Part shown: positions 12,705-24,376 of the stretch, in pieces
How positions within the stretch are numbered: the first letter of the stretch is position 1
How the letters are laid out: each line of letters opens with the position of its first letter
Assembly (NCBI GenBank): GCA_907165135.1
Contig: OU015568.1
Location: 10,974,001 to 11,038,000, forward strand
Source: Oikopleura dioica
Lineage: Eukaryota > Animalia > Chordata
DNA: 64,000 nucleotides
Direction of reading: 5' to 3'
Program-made: the position numbers and the translations under genes
The notes under the pieces: model-generated
Database searches by the model: none
What the model saw: only the letters and a program-made list of their open reading frames with translations
What the model was told of the DNA's origin: nothing

Positions 12705-13358
12705 TTATTTTTCAGAAGATTGACTAATGTTATCAGTGGGTGAATCATGATTAGAACTATTTTGCGCTGCTTTCTGGGCCTCTTCTTCAGCCTTTAGCCT
12801 GTCGAGCTCTGCTTGCGCGGCCTGCTTCTTCCTTTCCATTGATTTCATAAACTCGGGCATATATACAGAAGGGTTGCTTGTAAAGCACTCCCACCACGCA
12901 GTGTAAGCTGGATACGTTTCTTCGTTGGACTTTCCTTCTACTTCTTTTTGAATCATATACTAAAACAGATTGTAAACTTTCTTCTAGGGTTGCATAGATA
13001 TCTTTATTCGTGAGAAATCAACGATGAGATTATCATCGAGTTCAATGTACTCAAGAACTCTCGACTTACATTTCTCCAAAGAGGTCCACAGGGCCCATAT
13101 GGAAGATTATCAACACACGGACATTCCCAGTTAAGCTTCGTCGGGTCCTTATCATTTTTGAATGGTTTGTAAGAGTTGTCCATAAAAGTACTAAACTACA
13201 CTTTATTGATGATCCCAACATGGAATTACGAACGAATCCGAGCAGTTTTTGAGCTCCTTCTTCAGTGCTTTCAGAAATGGTGAATCAGGAGTTTCTTTCG
13301 GTACTGTTGGAATAGTGATAAACACACTTGGACCACGTTCACGTGCTTGCCGACTCAT
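12705..13358 (-). CDS. CHCHD4: CHCHD4/MIA40-like mitochondrial IMS oxidoreductase
   Basis: Spliced exons give LNWECPCVDNLPYGPCGPLWRN|YMIQKE...WWECFTSNPSVY, versus MIA40 INWNCPCLGGMASGPC...ECMQKYPDLY; ATG after ttttag. Confidence 0.75.
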
Positions 13359-13699
13359 TCTAAAATTAGAATCGCATGGGAGAGTTGACTTTTCTTGCGC
13401 CCTAGTTATCAAATGTTGGTGGAAATTCCGATGTCCCTTTGACTACGCTGGATGCCGCCCAGTCTACTATCGCCAGATGGTGGGGATTAACGCCTTCGAA
13501 AAAGATTCGCGATGAATCTCCCGTGGGCGCGCTCACTCCCCGTCCACCAGGGGCGCATATTCACGCCTTCTCCGGCCCTTTCCAAAGCCCCATATAAGCG
13601 CCGGAATCACTCCCGAAAAATCATTCCTTCTCGGGACTTGGAAAATTAAAGTTTTCTGAGTGTACAAAATCAGGGTTTCAGAAATTTTTGTACCTAAGG

Positions 13700-14950
13700 A
13701 ATCTTTATTCTTCCAACTCCTTCAAGCGACTTTAACTAAAAGCTTTTTTAAAATTTACAAAAATTTATCGCGTTTGTTATTCAAGTTGAGCAATAGGAAG
13801 TTTCCGGAGTTTTAGAAACTTTCTTTGATCAACTCACATAGCTCACGCGAAAAACGACATCGATCTTCGAGAGACCTTCGAGAATTGCAATCTAGGGGAA
13901 AAATTGATGCAGTGAGCGAACAATTCTAAAGTTTCTTCAGAAATAAACTTTAGAATGTCTACTCACCGCATTGACTATCCCTTGAAAACCACAATCGAAA
14001 TTCGAGATAAGTTGGGTGAAAATGAGTTCTTCCTTGATTTCTGAACTTATCGTTACCCAATTTTTCGCGCATTACGAGATATCGTCGACCTTCAGAGGTT
14101 ATCAGTTTAATTGTGAACGGCTCTGGGCTGCAAATTCTTATTTCAAAAGAATTGACGCCCCGGCCATTTGAAACGTCCGGAAAGACTAAGAGATAATCTA
14201 TCAGCTATTTACGAAAGGAATTACTAGAAGTACGATTCCATTTTCAGGACATTGCACTTCTTGATTCCCAATGTAAAAAGCTACACCCGACCTTGAAAAA
14301 TCATGATGATTCAGCTGGGCCGCTAGTCGTGCCTTATCCGGAGAAAGGGATGAGAACGGCTTCAGGCTCCGAAAAATCGTCAATCCAGTCTACGAGCATT
14401 TCCTTCCAGTCATTCGCGTCCAAGAAATCGAAATTGATCATGATCACTTTGATACGTTGACTGGGGTGAAATTCGTAAAAATCAACAAAGAGAAAATCTA
14501 ATCTTGAGAAAATTTAAAGCCTTTCGCAGGTCCAAACTGAGAGTGAAAAGAAGTTTGAACTGAGGAGAGACTTTAATAATCTCACATTTCTATTCGACAA
14601 GAGAGAAGTTATTGATTAACCCAAGTGATTGAACTTTTAAAGTTTTCTGAGTATACAAACGATCTAATGTATGTATGTTCGGGAACTTTAGAACTTCATC
14701 ACATACATTCGACACTGAGAGAGTAAATCAAGATATAGAAGTGGATGAGTTTTTAAAGTTTTCCGAGTATACAAAGCGGGTCGGAAAGCTTGTGTAACGG
14801 AAAGTTTTACAAACTCGCCACTTTCGATCGCCTCCAAAATGAAGTGATAAAGAGAAAAGCTTTCAGAAATCATTTTCGGAAGAACCAAGTGTTTCTATAG
14901 AAAAAGCTTGGACCCAAAATGATTTTAGATTTTCTTTTCTCACATTCGAC
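13700..14950 (-). CDS. Possible lineage-specific multi-exon gene or pseudogene
   Basis: Exon-like segments (QRIKVIMINFDFLDANDWKEMLVDWIDDF; RFKWPGVNSFEIRICSPEPF...LWFSRDSQC|gtgagt); no family recognised. Confidence 0.25.
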
Positions 14951-15013
14951 AAACGTTATCACCGAATTTCAAGAGTCAAAGAAATCTGTATTGGCAGAGA
15001 AATTTGTTTCAGT

Positions 15014-17833
15014 TCAAACTAGGGACATTCTGGAGTCTTTTACGGAGGTGATTCGCTTGCCGCACATCATGCAGATTCCTAACAAAGAAAATTCGATCTC
15101 GAGAGTCTTAGAATATTTATAGGCTTACCGGACTAAATTTCGACCCATATTTCTAGCATAGTTGGGTGGTCATATGACACAGTTTTAGAAAGCCTAGCTT
15201 CTTGGCTTTCATTTGGGCACAAATTCAAGGGGTCTGGGTCATGCCCGCAAGGCAATTCATGGGACCTGAAGTCCCAAAATAGGTACCAGAATCCTTCAAA
15301 CTATTTTTTCGATGCCCGTCGGGCTCGAGAGTAGTCAAGAGTCATATATTTAGAAAGCTCAGGCTCTGAGCTTTCAGTAGAGCTCAAGAAATCTTAGCGC
15401 CAAGCGGTTTGTGGCCACGTGGAGGCGCTAGAAGTTGGCGGTGAAAATCCGGAAATGCCGGAAAACTCGGTTTTTGAGTTCTAAACTCGACAATTATATG
15501 TATAAAACATATATAATCAATAATTAACGCATTAAACAGTTGAACCGAGGTCAAACCGGGTGGTCAACCGGATGGTTCGTCGTGGGCCATATTTCCATGT
15601 TTTTGAAGGTTTCTAGAGTTGAACCACCCGGTTTGACCGCGGTTCAATTTTTTAATGTTTTAATTATTGTTTAAGGGATCCCCCCCCCGATTTCCCGAAC
15701 TTTGACCCTTATCTACTTTTTTCTGGTCTTACGTGTGAGGCTGATTAGTAGCTCATTAAAAAGCTCGTTTTTTAATGAGCATATTTTGGTAGAATCAGCT
15801 TCCTAGCTCAAAATTTGCTTATGCATTAGAGGCCATCAAAGTGATTAAGATTTGCGAAAATGGCCATTTTAGACCATTTTCAAAGTGTATCTACTTTTTT
15901 TGTGGCCTTTTTGATTAAGAATCTTTTTGTTTTGCTAGAAAGTTCAGACCCTAAACTCAATATTCTGGTAGAATCAGCATTATCGGATAAGTAAATAAAA
16001 AAATTCTAGTTTTAAAACTTTTTGAAACCATTTTTGCCGTTTTTTGGGTGTTTAAATGCTCTCTAGCGCCAACAATTGGCAGAAAATTCTAGTGCGGTTA
16101 TTATTTTCGTAATCTACACATTCTAAGCTTTCAATAGACCCCTTATTTGTTCTATTTCGATGACAGTGAAAAATCGAAAAAATTGCAATTTTCACGCAAA
16201 GTACAATTTACATGCATTTTCCCGAACTTTGGGCGCCAAAATTTTGGGGGTATATTTATGTAAAGGGGTGCTATCATATATCAAAATGATCCTCAGAACA
16301 CGAGGAATATAATAATTGGGGATAATGACCCGTGCCAAGGTTTTGAAAAATCGGGGGTGATCCCTTAAGTTATAGCCTTGAATATTGAACTTTCGTAGCG
16401 CCGAATCCCTGTTACGAATTTATACATTTTCAAAGAAACCCTACCTAAAATCCAGCGTAGATTTCGAAAAAACCCTTATTTTTAGTACTTTCTAAGGTGT
16501 TTGTACCTAAAAATCGACTTCAAAATAAAACAGACCGTCGTTCTCTGAAAATTTCCATTAAAAGGTAAATCTGGATTGATGATATGAAAGATTGAAGCCT
16601 TATCTCCAATCTAGCGGTGGATTTTGTAAAAATATTAAAAATTACGGCTTCTAGGAACTGGTTTTGATTGTACTTCGAAAAGGAGAGTTGCGCGCGCAGC
16701 CAATGAGAGCGAGGGGAAAATCTCACTCAGCCATCGCTCATCCTATTTTACACGAGAAATTTTGTCGACAGGTTGGACGAAATCTTACTGAGATTCTCCC
16801 CTCGCTCTGATTGGCAGCGCGCGCCACTCTCCATTTCGAAGTACAATCAAAAACCAGTTCCTAGAAGCCGTAATCTTCAATATTTTTACAAAATCCACCG
16901 CTAGATTGGAGATAAGGCTTCAATCTTTCATATCATCAATCCAGATTTACCTTTTTAATGGAAATTTTCAGAGAACGACGGTCTGTTTTATTTTGAAGTC
17001 GATTTTTAGGTACAAACACCATAGAAAGTACTAAAAATAAGGGTTTTTTCGTAATCTACGCTGGATTTTAGGTAGGGTTTCTTTGAAAATGTATAAATTC
17101 GTAACAGGGATTCGGCGCTACGAAAGTTCAATATTCAAGGCTCTATCCTTAAATAGGTTTTATACATATAATTATCGAGTTTAGAACTCAAAAACCGAGT
17201 TTTCCGGCATTTCCTGATTTTTACCGCCAACTTCTAGCGCCTCCAGGTGGCCAAAAACGGCTTGGCGCTAAGATTTTTTGAGCTCTACTGAAAGCTCAGA
17301 GCCTGAGCTTTCTAAATATATGACTCTTGACTACTCTCGAGCCCGGACGGGCATCGAAAAAATAGTTTGAAGGATTCTGGTACCTATTTTGGGACTTCAG
17401 GTCCCATGAATTGCCTTGCGGGCATGACCCAGACCCCTTGAATTTGTGCTCAAATGAAAGCCCAGAAGCTAGGCTTTCTAAAACTGTGTCATATGACCAC
17501 CCAACTATGATAGAAATATGGGTCGAAATTTAGTCCGGTAAGCCTAAATATTTACCTTTTTGAAATGCACAAGTTGAGCAGAAATGCGCTCCTTTTTGGT
17601 GAAGAGTCTTTTTGCAGATTCGGCAGTTTTTCATCTTTTCTTTTTTCATCGGGTCAAATCGGTTCGTACCCTAGAACAGTAAGAAAAAGTGCTGAATTAT
17701 TGTTTTTACTCACCTTTGTCAGGTACTTATTTTCATTTAGCTTCGACGTGGCGTGGGAGCTTTTCGCGCCTGCCTTCCATACTTCTGGAGTGATGATCTT
17801 ACCCCACTTTTTCTCGCATTTTTCACAAGGCAT
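15014..17833 (-). CDS. CRIPT: Cysteine-rich PDZ-binding protein CRIPT (3 exons; last intron 15079-17555)
   Basis: MPCEKCEKKWGKIITPEVWKAGA...LNENKYLTK|...CRICKKTLHQKGAHFCSTCAFQK|GICMMCGKRITSVKDSRMSLV*; class I PDZ-binding tail S-L-V. Confidence 0.93.
15518..15669. repeat. Short imperfect inverted repeat inside the foldback element
   Basis: caataatta...ttgaaccgaggtcaaaccgggtgg pairs with ccacccggtttgaccgcggttcaa...taattattg. Confidence 0.7.
15675..16364. mobile_element. TTAA-flanked MITE with GG...CC termini (Kolobok-like)
   Basis: TTAA|GGGATCCCCCCCCCGATTT ... AAATCGGGGGTGATCCC|TTAA. Confidence 0.65.
16374..17142. mobile_element. ~770-bp palindromic foldback element
   Basis: Arms of ~350 bp (AGCCTTGAATATTG... 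/ ...CAATATTCAAGGCT) that are nearly perfectly complementary, with a short spacer around 16730-16790. Confidence 0.85.
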
Positions 17834-17873
17834 CTGAAACCATTCAATTTCAATAAGGATTCACTATTATTTA

Positions 17874-20825
17874 TTATAAACTGCTGGTGACAGTAAGTTC
17901 CGATGCATCAGGAATATAGGCAGGCTTTGTCGCTTTATCTTCGGTTTTGTTCTGTGTCTTTTCATTCTTCTCTTCCTCAACCTTTTGATAGTCCCGTGGC
18001 TTCGTTTCTTCCTTCCATCTTTGTAGTGCACCGCCCCGGAGGAGCAGGAAAATCAGTTCGTGATGAGGTGTCTTTGATTTTTACAAATATGGGCTTGATG
18101 AAACGGTTGGTACCTGTGGAAACAAATCAACAGGCTTCGCTAGAGCCACTCTAAATGGATCCCCTCGCAAACTCTTTGATTGAGGTTTGCAAAGATCGAC
18201 AATATTTCCCTGAGCCATTTTGTTCGAAGAGTCGCAGGAAACAAAGATAAGCTACATCTCATATGAAAAAGAGGAAGGAGGAGTGCTCTTACCGATTTGA
18301 TTGACGAATTGCCACGCAAAACGGAAATGACCTTTTTTGGGAGTCCTGCTCGTGGTGGGTCCACGATAGCTACTGTTTCTAACTCTTTCTGTAAAGATTA
18401 TTTGATAATTTGAATTAAGGACTAAGAGTTACCTGATTAGCTATTGAACAGAGTTCTGCAACCTTGTCCTGGGCATTTCCAGCGAAAAAGAAACACTTGT
18501 CTTCCAAAGAGTACAGCTTTACATTTTTCTCCGCATCTTTTATCGCTTCCTCGACTATGTCCACGCCGAAGACTTTGTCGAAATAATCAGAAAGCGCAAT
18601 TCCGATACTTCCCGTTCCGCAGCAGATATCCAAAAGCACTTTTCCGTATTCAAGGGTTACAAAAGCTTTCTAATAGAAATGAATTACCATAAGAATTTTT
18701 CGGCGGAAAAAAAATTTTTTGAGATAGTGGCATATTCTGAAAGCCCATGTCAAAATAAGTCGATCCCCAATTTTCTAGGGCTCAATGACGTCATTATGAC
18801 GTCATTTATGATTAATAAATGTCCGAAAATGGTCCAAATTCATGAAACTTTGGAACGCTTTTTGAGGCAGTTATCGTCGGAAATATATTTTTCTGCTTAT
18901 AGGATGTTGTTTGGCAGAAAAAATTACGTGGGGACCCGAGGTTTATTTTTCTAACCGACCGGTTTCGAAAATTACCGGACACTAGAACCGGTTGGTAATG
19001 ATGGTTTGAGCCCGGGTCCCCACGTAATTTTTTACGAAGAATCCGAATCCGCTGAGAAAATAAGGATTCAAAAGCGTTTTTGGCTCTAAAAAGCGTTCCA
19101 AAGATAAAATTTTCAAATGAGCTGGATGACGTCATAATGACGTCATCTTGCCCTAGAATTTGGTGATTCTGGCTGTGCTTTTTTATGTGCTTTAAGAATA
19201 TTGCACTTTCTCAAAAAAAATTTTTTTTGTCGAAAAATTCTTATGGTAATTCATCCTATATAAAATCAATTGGACATTTAAACCCTTATCTTTTCTTTCT
19301 GGCAGTATTTATTACCAAGCGTGCCGAGTTCGTTATACAATTTCGCACATTGATGATAGTGAGTTTGGAAGAAGGAGTCTGGGGAGACCTCAAACTTTTT
19401 GCCCATCACTTGCGCTAGAATCAGATCCGATCCATATACTAATGTTCGTTCGCCTTCCTTTCCTCGCGTATTTTTCCAATAAAATACGACGCCAGAAACA
19501 TTTTCGCATTTTTCACCGATTTCTTTCACCTCTGATCTGAATATTATCTGAAGAAAGGAATATAAAGAGACATTATTTTACCTTGCGACTTCAAGATCTT
19601 CTTCACTAACTTCATTTCGAATAAAAGTAAATGTCAAAACAAGAGAAGATTTTCCATCTGTTTTGAGTCTTCCATCTTCAATTTGATCTTGGTCGCTTCC
19701 GGAAGCTCGCATCATTAATGTTTGCCAATGACCCTAAGGAAAATATAGAAATATCATATAAAATAGGGCTTACTTCATAAGTAGCTGGGCAATAATGATT
19801 AAATTTTGACTTTTTAATGTGTTGCTCGCATAATTCTAGTGCTTCCTTCATCGAGTCCCGGACGATGCAAACATCTCGTGCGCATTCTACTGTAAGATTT
19901 TGGTCTGTATATCTCCCAACGCGAAACCCAACCATTTTTTCTTTCTCCTCATTAAGACCATACGAGAACTCGCACTTGTTTCTGTATCCATTTATGGCAT
20001 CGGCTTTGATACACTCTTCCATCCTAGTTAATCACTTTATATCAGTATTTTTTCGATAACTCACGGAAAAGAAAGTTTAGTCTCGGGGTCCATATTCTGC
20101 ACTGGCCACAAAACTGGACAGCCCTTGAATTCCGTCGCATGTTTTAGTAAATTTGAAATTTTCGCACAATTGGACTTTGATTTGTCATATTTATCAGTGA
20201 CTTGTTTCTCGTAAGGAATTTGTCTCCACGGTGAAGTAACGTCCAGAAGCTTTTCTTTCGTCGTTCGCAAATCGGGTTTCTTTGGTTCCTCATTTTTCGT
20301 ATCTTGGCGAGACTTTCTTGTCATTTTATCTTGAGCAGCTGCTGCGATTTTGGCGACTAAGGGGTTGTTTATAATTTCTCTACCAATAATCTTACCCAAG
20401 GTTTCCTTCTTGAGAGTAAGCCCATCAAGCTGCGATCTAGCGAGATCCCGCTCCTCGTTGTTTTGAAAGCAGATAAAGACCGTCCTGTGCTGCTTTACAT
20501 ATTTGATCTTGTGTGGCTTCATCGTGATATTCTTCGAGATGAACTTTTTCAAATCGCCGTAACCGATCATTCTCGGAATCGGACCAAGCTCGACTTTGAA
20601 TATTTCCGAAGTAAAGAGACCTTTATCTTGGCCGTGACCAAGCAATGGAAGCTTTTTCTCAACTTCTACATTTTCTGCAACTTCCTTTTCGACTTCTCCC
20701 GAATTTTCTACTTTCATAGGCTCTTCTCGTAGTACGGGTTGTTCAACTTCCTCGACTTTCTCCTTCTTCGCTTCGATTTCACATAGATTATCCTCATTAG
20801 GCCTTTTCGCGCCTTCAACTACCAT
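17874..20825 (-). CDS. TRMT2A: tRNA (uracil-5)-methyltransferase TRMT2A
   Basis: LFTSEIFKVEL+RRM; YRNKCEF; FEVSPDSFFQ; LLDICCGTGSIG; VDPPRAGL; IFVSCD; VDLFPQ|TPHHE. Confidence 0.93.
18679..19254. mobile_element. MITE in a TRMT2A intron
   Basis: TIR ATGAATTACCATAAGAATTTTTC at both ends, imperfect complementarity over >100 bp, inner hairpin at ~18920-19030; TSD not resolved. Confidence 0.75.
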
Positions 20826-20995
20826 TCTTGCAAAACAATTTTCAACAAGAGTTATGAATAAGAATTATTTTATTTTGAAGGCACTCAGCAGCAGAACAAG
20901 TTTTGCGCTTATTAGTCAATCGAACAGTCAAATTACATGTACAGTCATATCAATTGAATCAGACAGCAGGAAGTTTTTGGATAGTTTCAGTGGCA

Positions 20996-23121
20996 TCAGT
21001 TTGGTTTGTCTTGTAGACAATCGCGTATAAAATTGAGGCTGTGGCTATACAGTGGATCCACTTTGATAGTTTGATAAAAATTCGCCTCGACTCAACAAAA
21101 AATATAAAAATGGGGATTTTATCAAACCATTCCTTCATCAATAGGAGCAACCATGCCATCATGATCTTTTTTGACGATCTAACTTCGCCAAATCCTGGAT
21201 CTCCCCTCTCCGGCGGAACAATATGAATTTTCAGACCCCAATTGCTTGGAAGCTCTTCCGTCCAGGATAAAACCTTGATTTTCTTTTCCTCAGTCATGTG
21301 TTTGAAAAAAGTGTTGAGGCCGACCAGATCTGATCCTGTACCCCCCAAAAGAAGCACTTCGGGAGAAACAACGGTCTTTACTACTTTTGCTAAGTAGGAG
21401 TACATGTCTTCATTTGATGCGACTTCTGCAACAGGGGAGCCGAGATGAGGCGTTGAAAGAAAAATTACGCCTTTGGTGTTGTCCTGCATCTGAGGGAAAG
21501 TTTTGAGGATTTGCTTGACAACCAGGCCGCCAAGAGAGTAGCAGACAAAGACAACAGGTCGTTCACCAACTCCTGCCTTTATTAACTTTTCGCCGATGGT
21601 TTTTGCCCGTTCTTGAAGACTCCTCGTTTCCAGATCGTATGGACATTGATGTTGCGAAAACAAAATTGCTGTTTCATACTCGATTCCGAGAATTCTGCAC
21701 TTTTTCGGGTTTCGCTGAAGATCACGGACGGACCACTCGCAGAGCCAGTTACATGGAACATCTGGAGCGCCTTCCTGATTTTGATTCTCCTGCATTGTTG
21801 TCCATGTTCCTCCGATAGAACCACCAAGCCCGTGGACAAATACAACGTCTTTTTCAATATCTTTATCTGGTCTGTAGACAGGATCAATGAGAAAGACTCC
21901 GTCTTCAAGAGGGCGTTGAAATTCATCATCTCTGTCCAGATTAGAAAGTGCTCGGACTGCGTGAAGTCTCGACTGAATTGCACAAGAATAGTCATCGACT
22001 GATTCTGCTGCTTCAATTTTCTTGTCGACTACTTTTCTGAGCATTTTGTGGAAGCCAAGGTCGATCATTGTTGGAACGTAGCGATCGTCAAGAGCTAAAT
22101 TGGCGATTGTTCGCATGGCAATGAGTGTTGCTTCTCTAGAAAGTTCTACGCTGTCAAATTTGGGTTCCATCAAGCGAATGAGGAGTTTTAGGATGTCTTC
22201 TACGGCGACATGGGACATGTTTTCCCTAATGTCAGCGTGGCGACGCAGAGCTTTGAGGAGCATCACATCTGCAACGTTTTCAGAGACCTCTACAGAAGGA
22301 GGGAGAAGAATATCGTGCTCCATTGAATTCGCATCATCTGAAAATATAAATGAAGAAGGCATAACGGACAGAGAACGAGAAGTTACCATTCTCCCAGTTT
22401 CGAATATCCATCAGCTCCTGCAGCGCCTGCTCTTGAAAATATTTGACACAGGGCGTAAAAAGATCTTCATCTCGAATACGATCCAAGCTGGGCAACGTTT
22501 CGAAGATTTTGATAAGGATATCGGATATTCGTTCTGATCTTTCTTCCTCTGTGAACTCGTATAGATCTAAAACCGTGGTAAAACCACTAGAAAATAAAGC
22601 CTTCTACCGTTGAGAAATTCAGAATTGTAGTCCTTCAGGCGAGCAAGACCATGCGCCAGCTTTGATTTCCTTATTCTGCTCAGAAGATATTTCTTCTCAC
22701 TCGAAGATATCGTCCTAGAGAATTCGAAGATTGATCACTCATCAAAATCATATGCTTACTCTTCCAAGTCGTCGATCTCCTTCTTCAGCCTCAATAAGAT
22801 CTTGTTTCTTTCATCAACGTCGTCTGAATTCATCGTCGCTAGAATTCTCTCTCTTGAGTCGCCAATAACGATCCCTGTTCGCGCTATAATATCGTATACT
22901 TCGTATTTCAGCCGCGTCAATGGGGAAAGTCGATGTTTCTCGCTGCGAAGAGCAAATTTGTGGCGGAAGTCGTCACCGAATGTGTTGATTTCATAATAAC
23001 TGAAAGTTTCAATAAGATTTCCATTCTATTTTCTCGTCAAGTACCCATAAACTGTTCCAACAGAAGCTCCTGCCAAACCCAACCATTTGTAAAATGTCCG
23101 ATTTCGAAAGAACTGAACCAT
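20996..23121 (-). CDS. SERAC1: SERAC1 phospholipid-remodelling alpha/beta hydrolase
   Basis: N-terminal TM (KWLGLAGASVGTVYG); DVVFVHGLGGS; GVGERPVVFVCYSLGGLVVKQIL; FLSTPHLGS; C-terminal PLYSHSLNFIRDCL. Confidence 0.9.
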
Positions 23122-23171
23122 TCTACAATGAAAACGATATTGGTCTTTGAAATTGAATAAAAGTAAAGAAA

Positions 23172-23442
23172 TTATTTCTGAGATCGAGCAGCATGAGCTC
23201 GATTCATTCGCTCAAGCTGTTGTTTCATCATGCAGTCTTTTAGCTTTTGAGTTGTTTCACGACATTTTCGCCAGTCATTGTGAGTGTACTAAAGTCAGAA
23301 GGAATCGTCAGATAGATACAACTTTTCAATTTAGATTTACCTGGCACTCTTTACTCTCCTCAAGCTCCTTCAAACAACCAGACTGTTCTAGAATATGATC
23401 GAGCTTGTCAAACTCCTCATCCTCCTCAGGATGCTTCTCCAT
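23172..23442 (-). CDS. COA4: Cytochrome c oxidase assembly factor COA4 (twin CX9C)
   Basis: MEKHPEEDEEFDKLDHILEQSGCLKELEESKECQ|YTHNDWRKCRETTQKLKDCMMKQQ. Confidence 0.85.
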
Positions 23443-23472
23443 TCTGAAGAAAAATCACATCGATGGAGATTT

Positions 23473-24271
23473 TCACTTGTCAAGATTTCTGATTTTGTTT
23501 TTGATTTTGTTGGCTCTCTTCGTTTTCAGTACATCCATACCATGCGATGACAAATCACCGGTTACTTTTTCCGAAGTCGCTTTTCTTTGAGTAGGTTTTC
23601 GCCAGGGACTTTCAAGTCTTATTGAGGGATTTTATAAGTATTAATACTGGTTTTCCCGATGTTTCGGTTAATATCGGATTGAGAGCGACCTCTGCCGATT
23701 TATTGTTATAAAAACTGCATTTTACTGACATAAATAAGAATATCATATTCTGAATACGATAAACTAAATGAAACAGAAACAACAAGTGAACAAAGTTCAA
23801 CTATAGTGATCTATAAAAAATGAAGCTTCTACCGGCGTATCAACTAATCTAAGTGGAGATTCTCTTTTTGATTAAATGCCTCTTTTCTTAAATTATTCGA
23901 GTGTGTAATTTCTTCCTTATCAGGCGCATAGTGAGCAACAAACTTAATCGCCGCATCACGAGATGGCACAATGGCATAAACAGCGGTCGGGAAATCTGTC
24001 TGTTTCAAAAACTCCTCGCTGGATTTTGTAATTTGTGGTCCTTTGCGACCATACGCGATGGCAAAGTGGGGTGATGGGCGGTGTTTTCGCACGACGATGT
24101 CTGTCGATTCAGACGCTTCTAAAAATGCTCTTATTTCAATGTCAAAATTTTAAAAGGGAGATGCACACCTTCGCCGTCATGCAGGACCACCCCATTCCAA
24201 ATAAGGGCGTTTGTCGATGACGTCTTTTTAGACGAGCTAAGTCGAGTAGATAATCTGGTCAATCTGTTCAT
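23473..24271 (-). CDS. Uncharacterised protein with a presequence-like N-terminus
   Basis: MNRLTRLSTRLSSSKK (R/S/L-rich, no acidic residues) after a ttttcag acceptor; exons at 23844-24130 and 23473-23610. Confidence 0.45.
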
Positions 24272-24376
24272 CTCAGTTCTGAAAATGAACCAAAATTAAT
24301 ACCATCATTAATTAGATAAATTTACAAGAAGCAGAAAAGGAATGGCGCGGAATATAATGAAAAACGCGAAATAGAA

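Larger units (their letters stand above)
15120..17546. mobile_element. Non-autonomous foldback DNA element (hAT-like: TAG terminus, 8-bp TSD) containing nested inserts
   Basis: ~390-bp near-identical TIRs (15120-15507 and ~17152-17546) starting TAGGCTTACCGG; identical 8-mer AATATTTA at 15112-15119 and 17547-17554. Confidence 0.88.

Noticed and set aside
15120-17546. CRISPR-like or prokaryotic mobile features
   Set aside because: The window is eukaryotic and intron-containing; the repeats are inverted arms, not spaced direct repeats
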